A stretch of 47,752 nucleotides of DNA from Octopus bimaculoides (taxonomy: Eukaryota). A model generated the notes under the pieces. It was given only the letters and a program-made list of their open reading frames with translations, had not been told where the DNA came from and ran no database searches. Within the stretch, counting starts at the first letter, position 1. Every line of letters starts with the position of its first letter. Made by a program: the position numbers and the translations under genes. Where the stretch lies: contig NC_068983.1 of NCBI RefSeq assembly GCF_001194135.2, forward strand, positions 2,332,325-2,380,076. The letters are read 5' to 3'. Below are positions 25,785-36,986 of this stretch, piece by piece.

Positions 25785-26220
25785 ATTATTATTGCCTTTG
25801 CACAGCTTCTAGCGCTGGAGATGTACTACGGTGTCAGCTGTTCACTACCAGTGAACTAAGGTAACACCCCTTATTTTTCGAGTACCTTCCAGAATATTCG
25901 AGTGGTTCCAAGCAGTGCTGTTTTCTGCAAGTGCTCCACCTTTATTGCAGCCCCCATTTGTTCCACGTACTTCTCGAGATTTTTGCTCACTGTTCCCAGG
26001 GCTCCGACAATTATTGGTACTACTACCACCTTTTTCATTGACCACAACTGCTTAACCTCTTTATTATTATCATTATCCACTTCTTTCAATTTTGTTTCCA
26101 TTTCTTGCCGAGTATCTTCCCGACACCTAGAGCACTGTATGTATTGGGAGATCATTGAAATAAACACATCAGATTCTTCATTTACAAAATCAAATAACAG
26201 AAAAAAGGGGAAGAAACAGC
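25785..26220 (-). mobile_element. R4/Dong-type LINE, internally deleted
   Basis: EVKQLWSMKKVVVVPIIVGALGTVSKNLEKYVEQMGAAIKVEHLQKTALLGTTRIFWKVLEK* followed by a 3' UTR and TAA tail. Confidence 0.85.
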
Positions 26221-26289
26221 AAGCAAACAAACGAAGGGGGAAGAAGAAAAAATTTTAAAATTGGAAAAAGTGAAAAAAAATAAAAATAA

Positions 26290-26506
26290 AACAAGAGCAC
26301 TCGGAGAGCACAAGCCTTCACCAAGGCAACACCAATGTCCTCTCAACGATTAGCCAGAGATGATTTATAAAATGAGACTATCTGAAATAAACTCGACTGC
26401 TCTCACAAACGAGAATACTAAAAATGAACTCAACCACTCTCAAAAATTAAGTAAAAAAATAGGAAAAATAATCCAGAATCCTTGTCCGGTACCTGATCGA
26501 TCCCAA
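26290..26506 (+). mobile_element. Helentron/HINE-like non-autonomous element, 5' part
   Basis: Starts aaACAAGAGcactcggagagc... and ends in a 37-bp block repeated at 27171-27208. Family call is based on general resemblance only. Confidence 0.45.
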
Positions 26507-26601
26507 TGGTAATCATGGAATGTGAAGGTAGGTGTACGGGCCGTATTTGTAAAGCTCTGTGTGTGTGTGTGTGTGTNNNNNNNNNNNNNNNNNNNNNNNN
26601 N

Positions 26602-26790
26602 GTTTTCTCTTTGAAAGCCTTTTTTAGTCTATCCACTGATACAGTGTCTTTACAACCATTAAGGTCTATAGTGAAAAATCTATCCATGCGTGAAAGAAAA
26701 CGGAAAGGACCTGCTTACGATGCTGTTAACGGAGGCTTGACAACATCATTGCACACAACAACGGGAATCCAAGAAGTAAAGCTTCTTTCA
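26602..26790 (-). mobile_element. Ty3/Gypsy integrase C-terminal (GPY/F) fragment
   Basis: VCNDVVKPPLTAS*AGPFRFLSRMDRFFTIDLNGCKDTVSVDRLKKAFKE, matching R.DAVKPPL.PPY.GPF.VL.R..K.F.ID.NG..DTVS.DRLK.AF. Confidence 0.85.
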
Positions 26791-27170
26791 AGGCAGAGCT
26801 AGAAATGCAATCATCAAGTAGGTAAGAGGTTTTAAACAGGAGCGATATATTAAAAATTGGTAAAACTAAACATTGTCGAGGATAAATTAAATTTATTATT
26901 GTTCATGAATATGTTAGTGTTATTTCATTTCCGAACGGTTTTGCTGCTGTTTGTTTATGTAGTTTGATTTCTTTGTTCATCAGTTACTACTAAGATAGAG
27001 ACACGAGTAAAATTAATACTAGAGAAATGAAAATAAACTTTGTAAACAGCAACGGCGCCATAACTTATGTGGAAACCATGAGTGTGCTTTCAAGAGAAAT
27101 AATCAGAAAAGACTTGAAAGTGAACGTAAGATCGTAATACTTCATATAAAGTAAAGTAATTATAAAAATT

Positions 27171-27359
27171 AATCCAGAATCCTTGCCCGGTACCGGATCC
27201 ATCCCCAAATCGAATCAGTTCGTGCCAGTGTCATGAGGCCAAACATCCCTGAAAGTTTCATCCAAATCCATCCAGCGATTCTTGAGATATCTTGTCCACG
27301 GACAAACAAACAAAGACGACTGAAAACAATACCTCCGCCTACGCTAAGTCGGACGTATT
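27171..27359 (+). mobile_element. Helentron/HINE-like element, 3' part
   Basis: aaagtttcatccaaatccatccagcgattcttgagatatc...(caaa)n...gaaaacaatacctccgcc...gtcggacgta, with a decayed terminal stem-loop and a tetranucleotide microsatellite. Confidence 0.5.
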
Positions 27360-27361
27360 AA

Positions 27362-28622
27362 AGGGGTGAAAGGAAAAAATTTACAGTGACAATGCTCTTC
27401 TCAATATGTGTGACGTACCAGTTAGAACAATCTTTTGTACTTCTTACATGGATGGTAAACCAGAAATCATCCTCAAACAATTTTCAGTTACTTTTATAAT
27501 CATTCCAACTGCTCCTACAATCGCTGGTATTGTAACCGTCTTGAGATGACATTTTTTCAGTTCCAATCAACAAATCTTTATATTTTCTGTGCTTATCAAA
27601 TTCTTTTGCCGAGATATTATGATCATAAGGTATGCCTATGTCAATCAATAAACAGACTTTATTGTCTTGGTCTTTCACAACAATATCTGGTTTGTTTGCC
27701 TTGATAGTCCGATCCATTTTTACTGGAAAGTCCTAAAGAATCGTTACATTTTCTCCTTCAGTTACAGCTTCGTAGTGGTGCTTGTCCTATTTGTCAGCAG
27801 TTTTCATTTTATAATGCCAATATTTTAATCAATGTGGATATTGACCAACTCTGTTATATCCTGATTTATGCTCTGTAGGTGTTAAAACTTTACACCCAGA
27901 GATTAGCTGGTCCAAGGTTTCAATTTCATTATTGCAGTTTCGGCACTTTGGGTCCACTCCATTTTTCATCGTCTGTAGTCTTCCTTTTTTTTTCTCTTTC
28001 ATTTATGTGTGTTGTATCGTATCTAGTTCATTGATTCCTAAGTATTCGTATGCCTGGATTTGGTCTAATTCTTTTATTTCATTTGCTTTATCGAGTGTAA
28101 TAGTGTTACTTTTAACTGGTTTTCCTCTTTTTGAGGTTCGTTCGGCACATATTTCTAAGCTGAATTTCATGTTTATTTCTCTGGTAAATCCATGTACTGT
28201 CTATAATAATGTTTCCAGCTGTTTATCATTTGTAGCGTACAGTTTTAAATCATCCATATACAAGAGAAGGCTGATTGTTTTGCTGTAACAGTTGTATTCA
28301 CATCCAGTTTTGTTAAGCATACCAGATAAAGGTGTCAGTTTCAAGCAGAAAAGGAGTGAAGAGAGCGTGTCTCTCTGGAATATTTCCCTTCTAATGAGGA
28401 TGGCTTTGGCTTTTATGAGCTGTAGCACTGTCAGCAATTATTCATGGAATCTGCTATATAGTTTATGATTATTGGTGCTACCTTGTTCATGGCTAGTGTT
28501 TCTAGGATCCATGTGTGGGGAATACTATCATAAGCCTTTCAGTAATCGATCCAGGCTATACTTCATCTTTCTGCGGCTGTCTTCAGTTGTGGCTCTATTG
28601 ATCAGTAGCTGATCTTTACAGT
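27362..28622 (-). mobile_element. R4/Dong-type LINE (RT plus REL), 5'-truncated and degenerate
   Basis: CKDQLLINR, IRREIFQRDTLSSLLFCL, LLYMDDLKLYA, DRTIKANKPDIVVKD...LLIDIGIP and VQKIVLTGTSHILRRALSL*. Confidence 0.9.
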
Positions 28623-28990
28623 ATTATTATCCTTTTCTCTTTATCACAGGTTTTGTTGGAGCTCCTGGAGTCTTGCATCGGCAGAGGGCTTGCTACCTAC
28701 AACATACGGTACCATGCTATTCGTTCTTTTCAGCTATCTAATACTTTCCTGATTATTCTGGCAGTGCCAAGGAGACAAACGTTTTGTAACGGTTCTATTA
28801 TAACTCCCTTTATATTGCTCTTCATGCCTCCTGATACTGTTCCCAAGGACCCAATAATAATTGGCGCTATCTTCACCTTCTTCCTTTTCCATAGCTGAAC
28901 TATTTTGTACTTAAGAGGGTTGCATTTATTTTATCACCTTCCTTCTTGACTATTCCTGGGTCAAAGGCGTATGCAGCATCAACTACATAG
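28623..28990 (-). mobile_element. 3' end of another R4/Dong-type LINE joined in tandem to the previous copy
   Basis: LWKRKKVKIAPIIIGSLGTVSGG...LQNVCLLGTARIIRKVLDS*, then a UTR ending ggataataatac at the junction. Confidence 0.75.
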
Positions 28991-29204
28991 CATGTTGTGC
29001 GGTGCTGTATTATATGGTATATTATAATTACTGTTGTTATTATTGTTGTTGTTGTTGTTGTTGTTGATATATGTTTGGCTTTTGCTTTGTATTTGTATAA
29101 GTCCCCAAGATTCGTCCAGAGATCTCAACAGACAAGTTTGAAGTTCAAGTTAGTGTTATGACTAAGATATCATGTATTTGGTTTTGCACAAAATATCATC
29201 ATCA

Positions 29205-30226
29205 TCATCATTATTATTATTATTGCTTTTGCACACCTTCTAACGCTGGAGTGTCAGCTGTTCACTACCAGTGAACTAAGGTAACACCCCTTATGTTTCG
29301 AGCACCATCCGGAGATTTCGAGCGGTTCCAAGCAGTGCTGTTTTCTGCAAGTGCTCCACCCTTATTGCAGTCCCTGTTTGTTTCGTGTACTTCTCGAGAT
29401 TTTTGCTCACTATTCCCAGGGCTCCGACAATTATTGTTACTACTACCACCTTTTTCATCGACCACAACTGCTTACCTTCCCAAGCTAACCTGTCATATCT
29501 CTCTACTTTTCTTCTTTATCGCATACCTTGTTGTCAGCTGGGCATGCTATGTCTATGATCCAGCGTATTTTACTTTCTTTCTCAATTAAGACTATGTCCG
29601 GCTTCCTATTGTCTACCGTATAGCCTTCATACTTTGGTCGTATCTTACTATCTTTGCAACAAGGCGCTGTTTCAGTTCTGCCAGGCCCTTTATTTCAATA
29701 TTATACTTCCTTTTCAGTGCCCTGTATTCTTGCTCGCTTTTAAGTTCCCCTTTCTCTTTTCGGTCTAACACAGAGATTTCCTTCGAGAGCATGTCTCACC
29801 CTGCCTGGTTTCTTCTTTTCCACCATGGATCTTTTCTTTTGTCTCTCCCATTATGTTTCTTTTTCTTGACATCAACACCCACATTTTCTGCTACAACAAT
29901 ACTTGCTGCCTTGATCAAATTATTTGTTTCTGTGTTGTTTGTTCTGATGTATTTCAGAATTCCATTGACATTTTTCGTTTCTTGGTTCAATTTCCATCGG
30001 TCAACCTTTTTAAGGTTGCAATTAATGTCGCTATCGTTCTCCTGTAGTCTTACCTTTATTCTGTCGTTGATTGCCTTTTGTTCATCTTTCATGTCACCAT
30101 TAGTTTTATTGTCTTCTTTTAGATCATCTCTATGTCTCTCATCAAATAAACTACCACTGCTCCTTTCCTGTGCTATGAGATTACTCTTATTAGTAAGAAC
30201 TGTATATTCATTGTTATCTCTAATGC

Positions 30227-30230
<4 letters not shown>
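29205..30230 (-). mobile_element. R4/Dong-type LINE with N-terminal region fused to the REL 3' end (large internal deletion), flanked by (TAA)n
   Basis: ETNNLIKAASIVVAENVG...KDPWWKRR (N-terminal motif), then IGTKQGL/LQKTALLG-type 3' end. (TTA)n lies at both sides (about 29210 and 30221-30288). Confidence 0.8.
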
Positions 30231-30289
<59 letters not shown>

Positions 30290-30954
30290 GATCATACCAG
30301 CATTTATATAGGTTCTGAATTCAAATATCTCTTGAGTCAGTTTTGCTTTTGTTGTTATTGTTTCTCGGTCACTAAAAGACAGTACTAGTCATGAACTGGA
30401 GTCGATTCTAGTTATGCGCCAATCGGACAATTTTACGAAGACGTTATTAGGTTTAAGTAACTGATAATGCGTGCGTCAAGAAGTTTTAATATTCAATACA
30501 TTTGGAGTGTATTTTTGAAGGATAAAGAAATGACACTTTCCTCCAAGATCACATTCCAATGCTTCACAGTTCTTGATTAGTTGTGTCGCTATCTATTACC
30601 AAATCACTCTTTAAAACAGCAATAGTTTTAATTCTGAATTCAGTGTTTTTCTCAGTCATTGTGATTAAATGCAACGGTCAGTATGTTGAGTGCAGTCTGT
30701 GTTGAAGTAGACTATCTTTCCTTTCGTGTTACAATCATATCCTGTTTTCACACATATTGTATGACCCGTTCACAACACATACAACTTCCATCGTCGTTGA
30801 CAAGCGTCATTATATTTAGAGAAATTGATTTGAGATGAATAATGCAATGATATACGGTTGTTTGATGGTAAAATTTCTAGTGGAATTCATATTGTTTAAA
30901 CTAATACGACAGTCCCTACATTGAATACCAGTACTACAAGGAATTAGAGTTAAC

Positions 30955-31150
30955 TGAACAGATTCCTAATCGTAGGTAAATCCAACAAAATGCTTTGCCG
31001 GATTTCTTCCAGCGCTTTACGTTCGGAACTTAATCCCCGCCAGGCCAATTTTCAGAATCAATTACATAAGTACCAGTAGAGCTCTTTCATGTAATTCACA
31101 GATCCCAACCTCCTAAAATTTCTGGCCTTGCGTCAAAAATTCAGAAAGTT
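30955..31150 (+). mobile_element. SINE family A copy, degenerate
   Basis: aaaatgctttgccggatttc...ttacgttc...taagtaccagtagagc...aaaatttctggccttgcgtcaaaa. Confidence 0.6.
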
Positions 31151-31199
31151 ATTATTATTATTATTGTTGTTGTTGCTGTTGTTCTTGTTCTTGTTCTTG

Positions 31200-31480
31200 T
31201 TCTTGTTATTCAGTAGTCTTATTTTTATCACATGCATTCACTGCACTACTGAGCACAGCTCTGTGTGCCTTGGGTATGTGCTGTGGTTTGTTACGGAGCT
31301 CTTATTTTTACTGTATTAAAAGTGTTTTACGTAAGATGTGTGCGGTGCCTAGCAGTGCTATTTTCTGTATATTATATATCCTTGTTAATCCTGGTGTCTT
31401 TGTTATGTATTTGTCTGAATATTTCATTATCATACCTAATGCGCCTATTATGATAGGAATTGTTTCTATTTTAGACTCCA
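31200..31480 (-). mobile_element. R4/Dong-type LINE 3' end (second subfamily)
   Basis: IPIIIGALGMIMKYSDKYITKTPGLTRIYNIQKIALLGTAHILRKTL. Confidence 0.8.
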
Positions 31481-31530
31481 CATTATTATTTTTTTATTAT
31501 TATTATTATTATTNNNNNNNNNNNNNNNNN

Positions 31531-31740
31531 TGTACAAGTTGGATCCAAGTCTCACCCAGAGACCTCAAGAGACAACAAGTTAGAAGTTCATGTAGGTGTT
31601 ATGCCTAGGGTACCATATATTTGGATTTGTACAGTGTTTGTTTTAAAATTTGAGATCACATAGACAGTATTTTACGTAGGATATAGGCAGTTCCCATGAG
31701 CACTATCTTTTGAACTTCAGCTATTTTGGGGTTTCCTGGC
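31531..31740 (-). mobile_element. R4/Dong-type LINE 3' end/UTR
   Basis: Near-identical to 21371-21640. Confidence 0.8.
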
Positions 31741-31812
31741 ATCTGAGGTATGTAGTAGTCAGCCCGTTTCGCTGTCATATTATTATTATTATTATCATTA
31801 TTATTACTATTG

Positions 31813-32130
31813 AGAAGGCGTATGGCTCAGTGGCTAGAGCGTCGAGCTTAGGATCGTGAGGTTGTGAGTTCGATACCCGGACCGAGCTGCGTGTAGTGTT
31901 CTTGAGCAAGACACTTTATTTCACGTTGCTCCAGTTTACTCACCTGTATTAATGAATTGCGACGTCCCTGGTGCCAAGCTGTATCGGCCATTGCATTTCG
32001 CTTAGATGGCATCAGTGGTAAGGAGAAAGGAGCGACTGCTGGTTTTCCGTAAAGAACCTTATCCGGACTTGTGCCTCGTGGGGTAACTTTGTAGGTACAA
32101 TCCCATAGCCATTCACGACCGAAGGGGGTC
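31813..32130 (+). mobile_element. tRNA-derived SINE family C (V-domain-like centre)
   Basis: A box TGGCTCAGTGG, B box GTTCGATACC, followed by gtgttcttgagcaagacactt. Confidence 0.7.
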
Positions 32131-33298
32131 TCAAATATTATTATTGTTGTTGTTGTTGTTATTATATTTTTTATTCTTGTTACACAGTGATGATGATATG
32201 CCTGTCTCCTCTTCCTAACTGATCACATCCCGTGGTTTAAACTGAGTAGCAATCACATCCATTCTCCTATCGAATCTTCATCTCCATGCTATTCGCGTCT
32301 CTTCTTTTAATATATCGAAGAGTTTTTAAACAATGCTTCCTGGGTCAGAAACTTTTTGCGCACTTATTTCATTCTTTGATATCCAAAGTTTACTCAAAAT
32401 TTCTTCATCATACTTTCCAAATGTCACCCAAAATAATTCGGAAGATAAAGACCAAATCAGATTCATTGTTATAGCTGTTGATAATTCCCTATTTTAAGTC
32501 GCTAGAATATTCTGACAATTTTCGTTGACTTTGGAATTAAAATAGCAACACTACATCAATTTCACAACGCATTCACTTCTCTATATCCACGGTTACCATT
32601 TATCGATAATTGTCTCCCTGATTCTGGTTTTTACAACAAAGACACATTACCACCGCATTTCACAGTTTTCCATCGCATCCATAGTTCTTTTCACCAAATA
32701 ATAAAAGTTTTTTTCTCTGTCTATAAAAACCAAACTTTTTGTAAATACTTTTGTGAATTATTGGACTGATCTTTATGGATTTTTTATGAACTCTGTGTAG
32801 TTTGGTACCATGTCAGAAGCAGTATCCTTATATTCTCCCACATGGGCCAAGAATCTTGGTTATCTATCGCTCTCCTGATTTGTATTATTCTTAACAACGT
32901 TAATAGTAATAATAACAATAACCAGGCAGCGGTTTTCATGACTTCTTATCTGAAATGATTGCAAGTGTTATCATGTCCATGTCTTTTCTTGATGTAAAAT
33001 ACGAGTTACAGCAAATATTCTGCTCAATACCACAGATTCGCTTGTCTGTAGTTTGACGTTAACCAGTTGATCGTGTCTCTCAGTGGCTGACAATATGGCA
33101 GTTCTGATCACGAGCAGAAATAGTTGGATATATTTTATCTATAATATCGATAATCATGGTTTCTTTCTTCCTTTTGTCGCCTACCACAGTGTCTGGTCAT
33201 CTTCATTTTATCCACCGCAACAATGGCTATTATTATTATTATTAACATTATTATCATTATTATTATTATTATCATTTTCATTTTCATTATCATTATTA

Positions 33299-33480
33299 AG
33301 GCACCGAGCTTGCAGAATCGTTAGCACACTGGACAAAATGCTTAGCGGTATTTCACCCGTCGCTAAGTTCAAATTCGCTAAGTACCAGTGAAACACTGGA
33401 GTCCGTATAATCGACTAGTCCTTCCCTTCAGTTTATTTCAAGATTTCTTGCCAATAGTGAAAGTACCGGTTTCTAACCTA
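33299..33480 (+). mobile_element. SINE family A copy with internal deletion
   Basis: aggcaccgagcttgcagaatcgttagcac...aaatgcttagcggtatttc...taagtaccagtgaaacactggagtc. Confidence 0.7.
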
Positions 33481-33569
33481 CATCCAAGGTTTCTGCATTG
33501 GAATTTCAACATCAGCATCAGCAAAATCAACATCAACAACAGCATCAACATCGACAACAGGGTATTTTT

Positions 33570-33837
33570 GTGTGTATGTATGCATGTATGTATGTATTAT
33601 GTAAATATATGCGAGTTTATGCGTTTGTGTGTGAGTCTGTATATGAATGAGTATGAACATGTGTATGTGTGTGCGCACCTATTCGAACAAATAATGAAGG
33701 CATATATTTATATGCTTGCATTATTTGTGCGAACATCCATACATACGCATGTACTCATATGTAAATCCATCTATCAAAATAAGTGTGTGTATATATATAA
33801 TAATATATATATATGTATATATGTATATATATGTGGC

Positions 33838-33881
<44 letters not shown>

Positions 33882-34168
33882 ATATATATATTATATATAT
33901 ACATACATGCATACATGTACATATATCATTTGTATATAAATTGCATACTTATTTCATATATATTTATATGCCACCATGTGCACATATATATATATNNNNN
34001 NNNNNNNNNNNNNNNNNNNNNNNNNNNNNNNNNNNNNNNNNNNNNNNNNNNNNNNNNNNNNNNNNNNNNNNNNNNNNNNNNNNNNNNNNNNNNNNNNNNN
34101 NNNNNNNNNNNNNNNNNNNNNNNNNNNNNNNNNNNNNNNNNNNNNNNNNNNNNNNNNNNNNNNNNNNN

Positions 34169-34211
<43 letters not shown>

Positions 34212-34230
34212 TATATATATATATATCACC
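33570..34230. repeat. (TA)n/(TG)n/(GA)n low-complexity tract with gap
   Basis: Directly visible. Confidence 0.9.
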
Positions 34231-34661
34231 GTATCCATACAAATCTACCTGCGTAAACGTGCATTAAATGGCTTCTCCAGGTGGCCCCATACATCATCAG
34301 AAAGATATATTATTATCGCCAGCTTCAACGTAGCAAGCGATTTATCAAACTGCAAGGTTTCTCCGACACTCTTGTTTTATTCGTCGGGTGACAAACGAAT
34401 AGATTTGCCAGCTCCATTGGATCCCAATATCCTCGAGAACACGCACCTCTTATTATATATGATCATCCTACAGATGCCAGTGTTGTATTATTGTTGTTGC
34501 TGTTGCTGTCGTTGTTATATATAAATAAACGGAATGATTTATTGCTCCATCAAAATGACATCCACTCGAGCAGCGCTGATGTTGTGTTTCCATTACATAA
34601 CAACAGAGCAGTGTTAGTTCAGCCCAACTCATATGCTTGCGTCTGTCATAAGTTGTGGCTA

Positions 34662-34662
34662 T

Positions 34663-34699
<37 letters not shown>

Positions 34700-34757
34700 A
34701 ATGATGGTGGTGATGACGACGATGATGATGATGCTGAGGAGTAGGAGGAAGAGAAAA

Positions 34758-34792
<35 letters not shown>

Positions 34793-34985
34793 AAAGATGA
34801 TAGTGATGACGACGACCACGATCACTACGGTGATGACAAGGAAGAAGAGGAGGAGGAAGCGGGGAGGCGGAGGAGGATCATAAAGACGATGATGATGATG
34901 GTGGTGATGATGATGATAATGACGACGACGACGAAGATGATGACGATGCTGATTGATGATGGTGACGATGACGAGGATGATAATG
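34662..34985. repeat. Compound (GAT)n/(GAC)n/(GAG)n trinucleotide tract
   Basis: Directly visible. Confidence 0.9.
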
Positions 34986-36073
34986 ATTAACGCTACGTCA
35001 TTTCTCATAGCCCAACTCCATGGCTATCACTGCTCCGGCCATGACCATCCAGACCAATATTTCATACAGTTTAAATAAAACACTTTATTCAATGTATCAG
35101 CTTTCACCTAACGGTCTGTTGGTATCATTTGAAGCAGAATTGGCTGGTGTTTCTAGCACGTGAATTTTCCCATACCTGTTGTGTGTGTGTGTGCGTGTAT
35201 GTGTATATGCGTTTGCTTGTGTGTGTGCGCGCGCGGACACGTGTATGTGTATGTGTATGTATACTTACATAAATGCATGTACGCATACACGCCAAAAAAT
35301 ACATGTACATATATTCGCATTCGCACATACACACACATATATATGTGTCTATATGAGCGTGTGTGTGCGTGAGTGTGTATGCCGAATGGGGGGAAAGAAA
35401 ATAATAAAAAAAGAAGTGACAGGTTTCCCCCACCCCAGATGTTGTCTGTCACAATTGAAAAGCAAAGTGGTTTTAGACGTTTTGTATATTAATGTATTTC
35501 ATTAGAGGANNNNNNNNNNNNNNNNNNNNNNNNNNNNNNNNNNNNNNNNNNNNNNNNNNNNNNNNNNNNNNNNNNNNNNNNNNNNNNNNNNNNNNNNNNN
35601 NNNNNNNNNNNNNNNNNNNNNNNNNNNNNNNNNNNNNNNNNNNNNNNNNNNNNNNNNNNNNNNNNNNNNNNNNNNNNNNNNNNNNNNNNNNNNNNNNNNN
35701 NNNNNNNNNNNNNNNNNNNNNNNNNNNNNNNNNNNNNNNNNNNNNNNNNNNNNNNNNNNNNNNNNNNNNNNNNNNNNNNNNNNNNNNNNNNNNNNNNNNN
35801 NNNNNNNNNNNNNNNNNNNNNNNNNNNNNNNNNNNNNNNNNNNNNNNNNNNNNNNNNNNNNNNNNNNNNNNNNNNNNNNNNNNNNNNNNNNNNNNNNNNN
35901 NGACGGAGGAAGTAGCAGAGCTTTGCCATTGTGAGGGGGAGATTGTGTTGGGCTATTTAGCATTATACGGTGGCACCCGTCCTGGTGTTTGTGTAACTTA
36001 GAAAGACAAAGTCTGGTGCAACACATCTCACGATTCTCCAGATCTGTGTCTCTGCGTAGTTTACCCGCATACA

Positions 36074-36986
36074 CAGGATGGGTGAAAAGTAAGTAAGCAT
36101 TAAAAAGTGCCAATAAAATCCATATTCTTTTTACAAATTTATTGAAACAAATGATACATGTTCTTTATTACATGGGAAGATGAAAGTAAATTTTCATATT
36201 TCAACATAAGCACCGCTGGCGTCAATAAGTTTTCTCAAACAGCCAGGGATGGAATTAACAACCTTCTGAAGGACGTCGTATAGGATATCATTGTGAACCT
36301 CCTGAATCTGTCTCTCCAAGTCCTCTCGTGTGCGAGGTACTGTCTTCTACACCTTCTCTTTTGTGTAATCCCACAAATAAAAATCACATGGAGTGAGATC
36401 TGGACTGCTTAGAGTTGTGGACTTCTGGACTTCTGCGGTCACAGTCTTCAGGACTTAGCTCCTGCACGTAACGGGGTTTCCACGGACGAAAATTCAATTC
36501 CTTATGCAACACCGTACATATTGCGTGTCTTGTTAGTCCACTTTCATGAGATGCTTGACGTGTTGATTTTTGAGGGATGCGATTAAACAATTCCTGCATT
36601 GTTGCAACGTTCTCTGCTGATCGGGATGTGGTTGGACGGCCACTTCTTCTTTGCATCGTTCACAGAAACCCGTGGTCATCAACTTTGCATGACAAATTTT
36701 TATTGTCACCGGACATACTATTGCATGCTTTCCTTTCCATGCACGCCACCATCTCTGAACCAAAACAATGGAATTCCACTCTTCATAGCGTGTTGCTATC
36801 TTAGCTCGTTCTTGAGCAGTCAAGCGACCGGCCATCGGGAAAATAAGAAATAACAAATAACACAATAAGAAAATTTTAAAATCCCCATTAGTGTTGTCTG
36901 TTTAAAAAATGTTTTCGTCATGACTTCAGTGATAATAAAAATTCCATAAGAAATTTCTAATGCCTACTTGCTTTCCACTCACCCTG
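36074..36986 (-). mobile_element. Tc1/mariner DNA transposon, internally deleted (DUF4817-like N-terminus; resembles DD41D/rosa type)
   Basis: Imperfect 28-bp TIRs caggatgggtgaaaagtaagtaagcatt (36074-36101) and aatgcctacttgctttccactcaccctg (36959-36986), with TA at the right flank. Transposase remnants: MAGRLTAQERAKIATRYEEWNSIVLVQRWWR, RRSGRPTTSRSAENV...KSTRQAS and SPDLTPCDFYLWDYTKEKV. Confidence 0.9.

Noticed and set aside
29791-30318. Hydrophobic 175-aa plus-strand ORF resembling a membrane protein
   Set aside because: It is the antisense of the A-rich LINE N-terminal region plus (TTA)n.
32200-32800. Possible mariner relic
   Set aside because: No convincing transposase motif or TIR pair could be read.
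33388-35505. YI-, CV-, HT- and poly-M/I/H-rich ORFs
   Set aside because: Microsatellite translation artefacts.
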